Assembly: GCA_000004695.1 (NCBI GenBank)
Contig: CM000152.2
Location: 5,312,001 to 5,376,000, forward strand
DNA: 64,000 bases
From: Dictyostelium discoideum
Taxonomy: Eukaryota
Direction of reading: 5' to 3'
How positions within the stretch are numbered: position 1 is the first letter of the stretch; each line of letters begins with the position of its first letter. Under the pieces are notes generated by a model. It was not told the origin of the DNA. It worked only from the letters and a program-made list of their open reading frames with translations, and ran no database searches. The position numbers and the translations under genes were made by a program. Positions 27,807-41,947 of this stretch are shown here, piece by piece.

Positions 27807-29565
27807 TTATTTTTTTGATTTTTCAATTAATATCTTTGGTTCTTGTTTTTGTTGAGATAAAATTAATTGATATCTTGATAAAATTTCATCATTAAATTGA
27901 TTATCATCATTATCAATTAAATTTTGTTTTTTCTCTGAAATTAAAGTAATTATAGTATCTGTATATTTCATTAATAAATTTGAATCAATTTTTAAATTTT
28001 TAAATAGTTGTAATTCATTATTATTATTATTATTATCATTAAATGATGAAACTTCTTGAAGTATAATTTTAAAATCATCAAATCTTGAAGATATAAAGTT
28101 ATTAAAACTTGATAAATATTCTTCTTTACCACTTGAAAAAGTTACTTGATTTGAAATATTTTGAAGTATTTTACTCACTAGTGTTAAAGTTCTTCTAACA
28201 TTTGAATTTGGAGCAACTGAAATTAAACCCAATGCCTCTGGTGAAAAGATAGCAGGATTAACGAATCTAAGGAAAAAGAAACCACCAACTGATTTAATAT
28301 TATCATTTGGATATTTCTTTTCAACCAATTGATTAATGATTTGACAAATTTGACGAATTTCAATTGGTAATTGATCGGCTAACGATGCTTTAATAGCTGT
28401 TATGAATGATGAACAAAAGAATGATAATTGAATTGCATTTTGTTCGACTTCAGCCTCTGTTATACCACCTTTGCTTGGATCAACCTCCAAATTGATATCA
28501 TTTTTAATCATTGACATAATTAATGGACATAATGCCTCTTTTAAATAGCCAAATCCAATGGTTTTAAATATTGATACAATCACTTTAGTTGATAATGAAT
28601 CAGTTCTAAATAAAACTTTAGCATCATTAGTTTGTTCAATTTCAATCGATGCTAAATCTCTAACAATATCAATTAATTCTTTACCACTTTCACTACAATT
28701 TGAAAAATAATACATTATTGCTTTACCAAAATCATCTGAAATTAATTGTTTTGATAATTTTATAATTAAACTATGATTATTTTTAATTAAATACTTTTTT
28801 TAATAATAATAATAATAATAATAATAAAATTAATTAATTAAAAATCTAATAAAAATATATATATATATATTATTTATTTAAATTTAAAACTTACATTTGT
28901 TAATGAAGTAAATGAATAATAACAAAGTTGAATATGAATATCACCTCTTTTTTTTGCTTTTTTATTTGGATTTTTACCTTCAAGTGGTATCCAAATATCT
29001 CTTTGACCTTTAGTTTTATATTCATCAATATTAATTCTAACTAATCCCATAAAATCATCTTTACTAAATTTATCTTCATCATACATTAAAATTGAAATAA
29101 TTTGTGAATTTTCAATTACATCACTTTTATTTTTTTTTTTTTTTTTTTTTTTTGGAAAAATTAAAACATAATATTATGTTAAAAAATAAATTCAAGAGTT
29201 ATTTTTTTTAAGGGAGTCGCATGGAAAATAAAAAAATAAAGTAAAAAAAAAAAAGAGGCGACAAACACACCAGCGTCGCATAAAATTACTTTTCACCACT
29301 TTAATGCCAAAAAATTTTTACATCCAACCACCCTTAATTTTTTTTCAAAAATAAAATATATTATATAAATATATAAAAAAACTTACAAAACAAATTCTTC
29401 ATCTTTCCAAACTGGATTCAAAGTTTTATAAATAACTTCAGTTTTAAAAGTTTTTGAATCTTTTGTTGATATTAAACAATATGGATCACTTGTTGTTATA
29501 TCACATATTAATGTATCCCTTGCTCCTAAAATTTTTATTACTACTTTTCCAAACGGTATTGTCAT
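27807..29565 (-). CDS. C2-domain Ras GTPase-activating protein. Exon 1 is 29565-29387, a long intron 29386-29125, exon 2 29124-28897, intron 28896-28794, exon 3 28793-27807.
   Basis: Exons 1-2 form a C2 domain (MTIPFGKVVIKILGARDTLICDITTSDPYCLISTKDSKTFKTEVIYKTLNPVWKDEEFVF|DVIENSQIISILMYDEDKFSKDDFMGLVRINIDEYKTKGQRDIWIPL). Exon 3 is a RasGAP domain with the FLRFVNPAIFSPE signature. Donors T|GTAAGT and AAT|GTAAGT. Phases consistent. Confidence 0.75.
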
Positions 29566-29643
29566 TATTTTTTTAATTTTATCTTTTTATTTTTTTATTT
29601 TTTATTTTTATTTTTTTTTAAAAAAACTTATTAGCACAATAAA

Positions 29644-29678
<35 letters not shown>

Positions 29679-30032
29679 TTTTTTGTGCAAGTCGTTTTTA
29701 AAAATAAAAATAAAAAAATAAAAATAAAAATAAAAAAATTAAAAAAAAAATAATCAAAAAAATCAAAAAAAAAAAATCAAAATTAATCTGATTTTTATTT
29801 CAATCAAAGAAATATTTTATTTTTAAATTTTTTTTTTTTTTTTTAAGTTTTTTTTTTTTTTTTTTTTTTTTTATTTGTTTATTTTAAATAATTTGTTTAT
29901 TTTAAAATAAATTTTATTTTAAAATGTGAATTTTGACTATGATGTAATTAAATAAAATTAAAAAAAAATAAAAAATAAAAAAAAAAATTAAAAAAATAAA
30001 AATAAAAAAATTAGATTTAATGCCAAGGTATG

Positions 30033-30068
<36 letters not shown>

Positions 30069-30272
30069 TTTTTGTTTTTTTAAGAACAATTGTGTGTCAC
30101 CAAACCCACCTTTTTTTAATTTTTTAATTTTTTTTTATTTTTTTTTTTTTATTTTATTTTTTTTTTTTTTTTTTATCCTCTCCACACATTAATTTTTTCC
30201 CATATTTGCAATAACAAATAAACATTATTTCAATAATAATACAAATATTTTATTTTTTTATTTTTTATAAAA

Positions 30273-30335
30273 ACAAAAACAAAAACAAAAACAAAAACAA
30301 AAACAAAAACAAAAACAAAAACAAAAAAAAAAACA
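30273..30335. repeat. (AAAAAC)n hexanucleotide microsatellite, about 10 units
   Basis: aaaacaaaaacaaaaac run. Confidence 0.9.
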
Positions 30336-30486
30336 AAAAAAAAAAAAAAAAAAAAAAAACAAAACAACAAAAACAAAATTGTTATTTGTGGTTTTATTTG
30401 TGTTTATTGTATTTTGTTTGTACAAAATACAATAAAGGTTTAAAAACAACCTATAAAACATAATAATAAATAGTGAAAAGTCAAAA

Positions 30487-31086
30487 ATGAGCACCACCAC
30501 CACCACAAATTCATCCTCTTCTTCAATAACTTCATTTGGAATAGTTGACCAGGTTTTAAATAAAATTTTAAGATCATTAATTAATAAACATATTAAATCA
30601 TTATTAGTTAATCCAATTCAAAAATCAGAATTTGAAACTAGAATTTTAGAATCCCACAATGTAAAATTAAAGAATGTAGTGTTTGACCAAGAGAAATTAA
30701 AACCAAAGTTAGTTGGTCTACCATTTAGTTTTGGTATGATTAAAGTAGCAGAAATTGAATTAACTATACCATTGGATGATATCTATAATAAACCATTATC
30801 AATTAAAATTAATGGTTTAGAAATTGAAATTATGCCAGTTGATATAAACTTTAATAATAATAATAACAATAATAATAGCAACAACAACAATAATAAAAAT
30901 AATTCATCTTTAAATAATCTAGCAACAAGTATTTATGAAGATGATGACGATGATGAAATTGAAGTAGCACAAATGCATACAACTACAAGTTCACCACTTT
31001 TAAGTAAATTAGAATTATTATTAAAGAAAATTTTATATAATATTAATGTTGAAATTGAAAATTTATCAATATTTTTAATGGATCAA

Positions 31087-31162
<76 letters not shown>

Positions 31163-31225
31163 GTTTTGTTGAAATTAATATAATGAAATCAAATTTTAAA
31201 TATATTAAAGAAGAATTAAATGAAG

Positions 31226-31285
<60 letters not shown>

Positions 31286-32013
31286 GTATGAGTGATAGTT
31301 TAGTTGGTAGTATACAAAATGAAAAAATTGAAAATGATAAACCAAAATTATCATATTTTCAAAGTTTTTTAAATATGTTTTCATCACCACCACAAAGTGG
31401 ATCACCAACAAAGAATGGTAGTGATAGTGGTTCTGCAAATAAAAGTAGTGGTAGTAGTGGTAGTAGTTTTAGAAGTAGAATTAGTGGTGGTTTCGATTTA
31501 TTATCAATGATATCATTTCCAGAGATACATTTACCAAATCATATAGCCCAATTTTCATTTCAACAAATCTCTATAATCTATCATAAAGGTGAAGAGGATT
31601 TAACAGAAAAACAAAGATTCTATCTATTCTCTACGAAAAAAGATGATACTCATTATATAAGAATAGATGATAATCATCCAAATAATGATAGAATCAATAT
31701 TCAATGCGAATTTAAATCAAGTATATATGGTAATATTAATAGTGACCAATTATTAGGTTTAATTAAACATTTATCAAATATATTTTTAAATAATAATAAT
31801 AATAATAAAAACAATAATAATAACAATAATAACAATAGTAGTAATAATGATAATTTAAATTCATCAATTTCAAGTATTAATGGTTTTAATAATAGCGATA
31901 GTGGTATTGGTAGTAATGATATTACTGATATTGAAGATTTAAAGAAAGAAATTGATAATGATAAAGATGATAATAATAACAATAATAGTGGTATTAATAA
32001 TAGTAGTAATAGT

Positions 32014-32098
<85 letters not shown>

Positions 32099-32698
32099 GT
32101 AGCGATAAACCACAAAAAGATATTCATATTGATATATCAGTTCCAAGAATTTCGTATTATTTACATTTACCTTTACATGAAACTGATATGATTTTACCAA
32201 AACCAAATTTTGCAATTCATGTAAATGGTGAACAAATGCGTTGTTATGTTAGTAAAATTTCAGGTTTCTTAAATACTGATATTCATTTCGAAACAATTGA
32301 CATAGATATATTACCAAATGGTGTTATAAATAATAATAATAATAATAATAGTGATAGATATAATGGATTAAAAATTAGTGGTACACCAGCAATTAAAATA
32401 TCAAATAGATTAGAAGTACTAAGTGATAGTGAAATTCAAAGGTTATATCCAATCAATTCATCATTGTATACTGCAAATCCATTCTTTCAAAGTCATCAAT
32501 CATCTTATCATAATGATGAACATAGTATTGAAGAAGCAAATAGATTATCAACTTGTAATATCTCTTGTGTTTTACCAAATATTGATTTAAAATTAAAGAA
32601 ATCTGATTATGAAAATTTAATATCTTCCTTTGTTTTATCTTCAAGTGAATCAACTTCAACAAGTATTTTCACTTTATTTTCAACAAATGGTAAGGGTT

Positions 32699-32738
<40 letters not shown>

Positions 32739-33178
32739 TAATAGTAATTAAATTTAAATTTTTTACTAACATTTTTATTTTTTTTTTTTTTATTTTTTTT
32801 ATTTTGTTTTTTTAGCAACATTTCAATTATTATTTGAAGATATGGAAACTATTAAAGATGAAGATCCAATTGAATCATTTAATTTAGAAGTTAATAGATT
32901 TGATTATTTTATGGCAATTGGTTATCCTGATGAATTTTATAAACCAATTTCAAGTTTTAGTTATATTTCATTGGATAAGATAAGTTCATATGTTCATTAT
33001 TATCAAAGACCAAATTCAACAATACCATGTTTAAAACCTGAATTATTTTTAACTAATCAATTAATTGAATTAAAAAATCATCAATCTAAAAATCAATTTA
33101 AAATGTCAATTGAAATATTTGAAGATTATGGTGATCAAAATAATAATAATAATAATAGTAATCACAATAATAATAATG

Positions 33179-33248
<70 letters not shown>

Positions 33249-34342
33249 GAGCGAAGATGAAATTAATAATTTATTATCAAAAGATGATTTTTTATATACT
33301 TATTGTGATTCATTAGAATTTCAAGATTCAAAGAGTAGATTATTATTAGGTTCAATTTGTTTTGTACCTTCAATGTTATTTATAAATAGATTTATAAATT
33401 GGATAAGTTTACCTGACCCAACTACATTTGATCCTGAATTATCAACAAAAATATCATCACCTCAACAATTACAAGAACAAATGAAAAAACAACAACAAGA
33501 AGGAAAAGATCAACAAAAATCAAAAGAAAATAGTATAGTATCATTAAATAATTTAGTTATACATTTTGGTTCAAATAATTCACCAAGATTAAAGATATCT
33601 TCTAAATCATTGATTATATTTCAATTATTTGATTCTGGTGATGATGAAGTATTACAATTTCAAATGTATCAAACTAAAATATTGATGAGAGAAGTCGATT
33701 ATAAGAATCAAGATTATAAAACAATTGGTGAATCCTATAATTCAAAAGATTTATTATTCCTCTTAAAAATGAATCAAGATAAGAAATGCTCAAAGATTGA
33801 AATCATTGAACATTCCTATGATATTAGATTATCAAAAAAAGAATTTATCATCTTAAAATCATTATTCCCAAGATTCCTTCAAAAGTTAACTCAATTAATG
33901 GTCATAAAACAAGATCAAAATGATAAAAAAAATCCTGAAACTATTACAACCAAATTATTAGATAAAATTGATAGTGTTCATATAAATTATGATTATCAAA
34001 TTGATAATCAACAATTTAATAATAATAATGATAATAAAAGTAATAAATTTCAAACAACTACAACTACAACTACTCAACAACAACAATCTCAACCTCAACA
34101 ACAATCTCAACAACAACAAAAAGTTGAATTTTCAAGTGAAATACCAAATCATCAATCAAGTATACCGATTAATTTTCAAATTTATATTATTGATTTAGTA
34201 ATTTATTTTCATATAATAGGAAATGATAATAATAGCAGTATTGTATTAGAAGCAAATATATCTGAATTAGTACATACAACTTATCATCAAAATAAAAAGA
34301 AAAATCAATTAAATAATAGTTATCATCCACAACAACACCAGC

Positions 34343-34377
<35 letters not shown>

Positions 34378-34807
34378 AATACAGCATCATCTTCATCATC
34401 ATCAAGTGAACAACGTCAACAAAGAAGTATTAAAGATTATGATAATTTATTAGTAGTTAATATTAGTTCATTATTAATTAGAGATAATGTTAGTAATTAT
34501 TATCAAAATTTATTAGGACCTCTAAGTCATTTTCAAATGATTGCAATCGATGATTTTGAAATTGATGATAGTGAAAAAGAAAGAAAAAAGAAACATCAAC
34601 AAGAAGAACTTTTAAAACAAAAAGAAAATATACTTTCATTTATTTTTGCAACAAGAGTTGATATATTCAATAGAACTTTTCATAATTTAAAATTACATAT
34701 TTCACCTTTATTCTTAGAATTTCATCAAAAATCGGTTGATTTCTTATTACATTTCTTTTCAACTGATGATAATTTTAATAATTTTGATTTTAATGATACA
34801 AATAATC

Positions 34808-34899
<92 letters not shown>

Positions 34900-35862
34900 A
34901 ATAATCAACAAAATAATAATGAAACAAATGATGAAAATAATAATAATAGTAATAGTAAATTTTTAAATGATGAAAATGAAAATGAAATATTTTATGATGA
35001 ATTTGAAATTTATCCATTACAATTTAAAGTTGATTATAAACCTTCATCAATTTTAACAAATCATAGTTTTACAAAAGGTGGATTTGTATGGGTATTCCAA
35101 ATGATACCATTGAATGATGCATATTTTACTTTACCACATATTCATATTAGAGATATTGGTAGTAAAGCATTGTCAGAGAGTATAATGTCAATTTATTCAC
35201 CACATCTATTTGGAAAGAATATATTTCAATATTTAGGTGGTGTAACACCAATTTCAATTGGTATTGGTATTGGTAGATCAATTATGGGTTTAATCATTCA
35301 TCCAATTAAGGAAGCAAAAGATAGTGAAAATGTTATAGCAGGTCTAGGTAAAGGTTTAACAAAGGGTATGAAGAAAATCACTGTTGAACTCTTAACAACA
35401 TCTTCAAAGATGACAGGTTTCGCTTCGAAAATATTTGGTACTTTAAATAATCAAGCCTCTCATAATCAATCCATTTGGACAAGTCAACCAGAGAATTTAA
35501 CTGAAGGTGCCAAAAAGGGAATGTCAAAAATATTTGGTGGATTTTATAATGGTGTTAAAGGTGTGATCGATCCTTTCTCTCAATCAACTGGTCCAATCAA
35601 TTTCTTAAATAATATGTTTTGGGCTGTACCTGGTTTATTAGTAAATCCAATACTTGGTATTTCAGATGGTATCACCTTTTTTTCTTTAGGTCTTAGAAAT
35701 AGTTTAGATTATACTAAAATTGAAATGGAAAGAAAGAAATTTAAACCAAAAAATCTAATTTCCACTTCTCCAACTAGTAATAATTCACCTTTATTACAAA
35801 ATTCAAATAATGAAAATAATAGTGCTTTTTTAAGATCTTCAACAAGTAATATAAATATTTAA
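30487..35862 (+). CDS. Chorein-N family bridge-like lipid-transfer protein, ATG2-like, about 1760 aa. Exon 1 is 30487-32689, intron 32690-32815, exon 2 32816-35862.
   Basis: N-terminus ...LKNVVFDQEKLKPKLVGLPFSFGMIKVAEIELTIPLDDIYNKPLSIKINGLEIEIMPV fits the chorein-N pattern shared by VPS13/ATG2. C-terminus FVWVFQMIPLNDAYFTLPHIHIRDIGSKALSESIMSIYSPHLFGKNIFQYLGGVTP resembles the ATG2/VPS13 C-terminal (ATG_C) region. Donor G|GTAAGG, acceptor ttttag|CA, intron contains TACTAAC. Choice of ATG2 over other chorein-N proteins is tentative. Confidence 0.6.
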
Positions 35863-35996
35863 AAAAAAAAAAAAAAGAAAAAAAAAAAAAAAAAATTGAA
35901 AAAAAAAAAAAAAAGGAAAAAAAGATAATAAGGTACCTTAATAAATGTTGGTATATTAATATTTTTTTTTTGAAATAAAAAAAAAGAATATAGATA

Positions 35997-36030
<34 letters not shown>

Positions 36031-36779
36031 TAACAAGACTGAATTTTATTTTTTTTTTTTTTTTTTTTTCCAAATGATTAAAATTAAAATTAAAAAAAAA
36101 ATATATATATATCTCAAATAATATTTGTGCTAATCATTTTTTTTTTATAATTGATTTGAGAAAAAGGGGTGGCAAAAAAGGTTATTCAAATAAAAGTGTA
36201 TTTTTGTTCAAACGTAGCTACGTAAGTCAAGTAATTCCTCAATATTTTTTTTTTTTTTTTTCATAAGTCACAGCTTATCAGATCAGATCGGAATCGGTTT
36301 AAAATTTTTTCACAAAAAAAAAAATAAAAAATAAAAGAAAAAAAATAAAATTAAAAAAATGAAAATAAAAAAAAAATTAAACAAAAAGAAAAAAAAAAAG
36401 GAAGTTTTTTTTTTTTATTTTTGTTTTTTGATTGTAACCCCCATATAAATATTTCTTTTATATTTATTATTTTTTTTCTTTTTTACCATTTTTTTTTTTT
36501 TTTTTTTTTTCATTCACAAAAACAACAACATCACACCTCGTACAAAAATTTTATTATAATAAAATAAAAAAAAAGCAGTGTTGATTTGTTTATTTAAAAA
36601 TATACTTCATCTTTTTTTTTTTTTTTTTTTTTTTTGTACATAATTTATATATATATTGGATTTTTTTTTAATTCATCAATTGTAATATAGTAAATAAAAT
36701 TAATTTTAAAAATAAATAAATTTTAAAAATAAAAAATTGTTTACAAATCAAAAATTTTACTTTCACAAATTATTATAAT

Positions 36780-36812
<33 letters not shown>

Positions 36813-37086
36813 AATATCTCTCCCCTTTGTTTTTTTTAATTTAAAAATACAAATTTACAAAACGTCATTGTTTTTTTTTTTTTATGTACACACACCACAC
36901 ACAACAAAACCACACCAAAATAAAATTTTTAAACTCACTCATATTAAATAATAAAAAATAAAATAAAATAAAATAATAAAAAAAAAAAACAAACAACAAA
37001 CTATTATTTATAATATTAAAAAAATATAAATTAGATAAGCAAACAAAAAAAAAAAAAAAATAAAAAATAAAAAAAAGAAAAAGAAA

Positions 37087-37178
37087 ATGTCCACATTAAA
37101 AAAGTTTTCTATTAAAGGAGCGACAACAAGAATAAGGGATGGAGTTGGATTATATTTTGGTTTAAACGAAGAACAAAT

Positions 37179-37214
<36 letters not shown>

Positions 37215-38668
37215 GCAAAATAGTGATAATAATCAAGCCGACAATAACAATAGTAGTAATAGTAATAATAATAATAGTTATTATGAAGAAGATGAACCAT
37301 ATTGGATGAAAGATGATTTTTGGGAGAAAGCACCAAGATATAATAGAGGTAATGATATTGAGATGGATAGATATGAATCACCACCAGTTTATTCACCGCC
37401 ACAAAATAATCAAAACAAAGGCAATGGAGCAACATTAAATTCAACAGATTATTATCCAAGTGATGTGGTAACACCATCAGGAGAAACAGTAGCAAGTGGT
37501 GGTGGTGGTGGTGGTGGTGGTAATCCATATTTGGTAGGTGGCGATGATATGAATGATAAAATGATGATGGGTGGTGAAGGAGATGATGATGATGATGGAG
37601 CAACTCGTAGAGGTAGAGGTAGAGGTAGGGGTAGAGGCAGAGGCAGACCAGGACCAAATAATCAAGGAGGCGGTGGTGGTGGAGGTCGTACAGATGGCAA
37701 GAAACCATTCCGTCCATCAACATTAGGACGTGGTGTTTCATCATTATCATTGAAAGAAGATCACAGAGATATGGAACCACCAAAACAATTTGTACCATAT
37801 TTTATCATAGCGATCAGTTTAATTGATTTGGTAATGTTTATTTGGGAAATTATATACAATGGCGGATTTGAGCCATGGAAAACCAATCCATGGTTTGGAC
37901 CAAACTCTTACACTCTATTGGATGTGGGCGCAAAATATTCACCATTGATTTTGAATGGTGAATGGTGGAGATTCTTTACTCCAATCTTTTTACATGTTGG
38001 TATTTTCCATTATCTAATGAACATGGTCACTCAATTACGTGTTGGTATGCAATTGGAGAGAGCATATGGTGGTCATCGTATCGTGCCAATTTACTTACTT
38101 TGTGGTGTCGCTGGTAACTTGTGTAGTGCTATCATGTTACCAAATTCAGTTCAAGTAGGTGCTTCTGGTGCTATCTTTGGATTTTTAGGTGTACTTTTAA
38201 CAGATTTAATCAGAAATTGGAGTGTTTTAGCTAAACCTTGGTTAAATTTTGGTTCACTATTATTTAGTATTATAACTTCTTTTGCTGTTGGTTTATTTTT
38301 ACCAGGTGTTGATAATTTTGCGCATTTAGGTATGAATTTTCTAATTTTTTTTTTTAAAAAAAAAAAAAAAATGATTAAAGTTATTAACATCTCATTTTTT
38401 TTTTTAAAAAATAATAATAATAATAATAAAAACTACTAAAGGTGGTTTTATTGCAGGTATTTTAACAGCAGCAATTTTCTTGCCATCATTAACACCAAAG
38501 AGAGCAATTGGAAAACGTTTACTTTTACTTATGATTGTAATTCCATTGACTGTAGCATTATTTGTAGCATTATTTGTTGTATTTTATAAAAATATAGATG
38601 CAGATGAATGGTGTTTTGGTTGTAAATATATAACATGTCTTCAAGTATTAAGTTGGTGTAAGACTTAA
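37087..38668 (+). CDS. Rhomboid-family intramembrane serine protease. Exon 1 is 37087-38329, intron 38330-38441, exon 2 38442-38668.
   Basis: Catalytic GASGAIFG (GxSG) and, across the splice junction, AHLG|GGFIAG (rhomboid AHLGG histidine motif). Multiple TM helices. Long Gly/Arg/Gln-rich N-terminal region. Confidence 0.8.
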
Positions 38669-39023
38669 AAAAATTAAAGATATAACATTTAATTTTTACA
38701 AAAAAAAAAAAAAAAGGAACATAAAATAAAATTTAATAATTATTTATTTAGAAAAAAAAAAAACAAATTTAAAATTGTTGATAGTTTAATTTTTATTTTT
38801 TCTTGAACCCAAAAAGGAATATTCTTTGCAAGATGGTAATTTTCATTCTTTTTTTATTTTTTTATTTTTATTTTTAAATTTTTTAATTTTTTAATTTTTT
38901 TTTTTTAATATTAAATCAATTTCACACAAACAATTTTTTTTTTTTCATTTTTTTTTTTTTTTCTGGCCAATATATATCATTTTATTTTTAATTATATTTA
39001 ATTAAAAAAAAAAAAAAAAAGAA

Positions 39024-39505
39024 ATGACCGAAATTTTATCAAAAGAAATTTTAAAAGATATTAATGAGTTTATTGAATTTCAAATTAAAGATAAATCAAT
39101 TCCATGTATATCAGTATCAGTGGTTGCAAGGGATGATAGTAGTAAAAAGAAAGAATGTCATAACCTTTTTAAAAAGATTTTTCATCATAAAGATATTAAA
39201 ACACCAATTCCAACATTAGATAAAACATTATTTAGAGTTGCATCAGTTTCAAAATTATTCACATATGTTGCAATACTTCAACTTGTTGATAAAGGTTTAC
39301 TATCACTTGAAGATCCAGTAACTAAATATATACCTGATTTTCATCCAAAAAATCCACAATCAACAACTTATTCAAATAAAAAAGAATTTGAACCTGATCT
39401 TTATAAGAAAATTACAGTTTTTAATTTAATTAGACATACATCTGGTAAAGTATAATAGTTATTAATTAAACTATATTAAAAATAATATATATTATATTTA
39501 TATTA

Positions 39506-39557
<52 letters not shown>

Positions 39558-41834
39558 TTAGGATTAATTAGAGAACCAATTGAAGGTAATTATTTTAATG
39601 AAATTCAAAGTGATTTAATTACATTAGTTAAAACAATGAATGAATCATCATTGGTTAGTGAACCATGGACAGAACATAAATATTCAAATGCAGCAGTCGC
39701 AATTGCAGGTTATATTGTTGAAGTTGTTAGTGGTGAAACATTTCCAGATTATGTTGAAAAGAATATTTTAAAACCATTGGGTATGTTAAATTCTACATTT
39801 AAGAATGAATATGCTTATACAGAAGTAAAAGATGAAAATCAATTAAGAACAGCCACTGGACATATGTGGAGATATTGGGATGAGACTACAACCGATTTAT
39901 CAGTTTATAAAGAAGCACCATTAACTTATTTTGGTATGTTTCCAGCCGCTGGTCTTGCAACAACTGTTGATGATATTTCCAAGTTTTTACAATTCTTTTT
40001 ACAAGATGGTAAACCATTATTAAAGTATGATACTTTTGTTCAATTCCTAACTCAACAACCATTAAAGGCACCAATAAAACCAGAGAATATAGATACTTTG
40101 GAATTCCCATACGTTTACAACGAAAGTGCAGTTGCCCAAACACCAACATCAACTGGTACCTCAAGTTATGGTCTTGGTGTTGAAATTACTAATTTCTTTG
40201 GATACCAAATCGCAAGACATGGTGGTGCTGTCAATGGTTTTGCAACTGATTTTCGCGTATTACCAGAATTGGGTTTAGGTATATTCACTTGTTCAACTTT
40301 GGATGTATGTAATGCAGTATCACAACAAATCTCTGAATATATCACATGTCAATTGGCTAGTAGTTTTGTAAAGGAAACTCATAGTTTGGTTTCATTAAAT
40401 AAAGTTTCACTAAATAAAACTTTAGAATCAATTGAAAATAGAAAACAATTTTTAAATTCAACTTTACTTGCAACTGAAATTCCAGATTCACTATATGATA
40501 ATATTTCAGGTTATTGGTATTTACCAACAAGTGAACAACAACAAGAAGAAGAAACATTCAATGATAATGACTATGTTCAAATTATGAAATCTTATAATGG
40601 TATGGTTTATAGTAAAGATGTTGTATTATCAAAGTTGGCATTATTACCAATTGATAAAAAGACAGGTGAACAATTAATCATTACAGCTGATAGAATGTCA
40701 TGTGGTCAAGTGATGTTAAAAATTCCAAAGGATTTCAATTTCAATGATAAAGAAGAAGCAAAAAAATTGAAATTAAAGGATAAATACACCCGTGATTCTG
40801 AAGAGGCTCAACATAGTTTAATCTATTGTAAATATAAACCATTACCATTGAAATCTGAAATTACAATTCAACCACCTTTAACAGAGGAATTTAAAGATTT
40901 GATTGGATTTTATTCAGCTCGTGATCATATGGCAATTATTTTTGAAGAGAACGGTCATTTAAATTTCAATATTGAATGGTTATTCAATTATAAAATGAAA
41001 TTTTTATCAGCAGTACAACAAGGTGATACCTCAATTGTTCACTTTTTACTCTCACCAACTGCAATGTATAATAATGAAATCATTTCATTCCATATGAAAA
41101 ATGGTGTACCACTATTCTTATCACTTAGTGGTATTAAATTTAAATTTCAATCAATGTCAACTCAACAACAACAACAACAACCAGGTGTTTATCCAAAAGA
41201 TATATGTTCAAAAGCATTAGCTGAATCATTTAATACTCCATTCCCATTTGAGGATGAAAATGCAAGAATCAATCATAATTTAGTAGATTTATCAAGCATA
41301 TCACCAACTCTTAAATTTGATATTAAATATGCAACCACTGATAACTTTACAGGTATTCAACTTTATAAACAAGCAAAAGCATTTTTAAATAAAGATGCTG
41401 CTAAATGTTTATTATCAGCTCATAATTGGTTAGTAGAGAATTGGAATGTTGGTATTATAGTTTTCGATTCCTATAGACCATGGAATATCACATGGACAAT
41501 GGCAGAATCGGTTATACCAGAATTTAGAGGTCTATATGTTGCACCACCAACCAAAGGTTCAGTTCATAATCGTGGTGGTGCACTTGATATCTCATTATAT
41601 GATTTATCAAATGGTAAAGTAATTGAAATGGTTGGTGATTTCGATGAATTTAGTATTCGTTCTCATCGTTCTTATTTTGGTGGTTCAGAACTTCAACGTT
41701 GGTATAGAAAACTTTTAACAATTGCATTAATCAATAATAATTTCAGACCAAATGAACACGAATGGTGGCATTTTGATATAATTGTTGATAAACCATTAGC
41801 AGTTTTAAATTTACAATTTGATCAAATTAATTAA
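39024..41834 (+). CDS. Two-domain enzyme. N-terminal serine beta-lactamase/penicillin-binding-like hydrolase fused to a C-terminal VanX-type D-Ala-D-Ala dipeptidase (peptidase M15D). Exon 1 is 39024-39444, intron 39445-39561, exon 2 39562-41834.
   Basis: SxxK active-site motif FRVASVSKLF, and YSNAAVAIAGYIVEVVSGETF...LKPLGM typical of class C/PBP-like hydrolases. C-terminus DIKYATTDNFTGIQLYK...DSYRPWNITW...GSVHNRGGALDISLYD...EHEWWHFD matches VanX/DdpX zinc-dipeptidase motifs (HxxGxAxD, EWWH). Donor G|GTAAAG, acceptor tttag|GA; the intron carries (ATT)n. Confidence 0.85.
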
Positions 41835-41947
41835 AATATAAAATAAAATAAAATAAATAATTAATTTTTTTTATATACAAATTATTTTTTATTTTTTATT
41901 TATTATTTACAATTATTTTTGTATATATTATTATTTTTTTTTGATTA

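Noticed and set aside
37112-37798. 228-aa minus-strand ORF (His/Leu-rich)
   Set aside because: Antisense of the rhomboid gene's Gly/Arg/Gln repeat region. The plus-strand gene has clear catalytic motifs.
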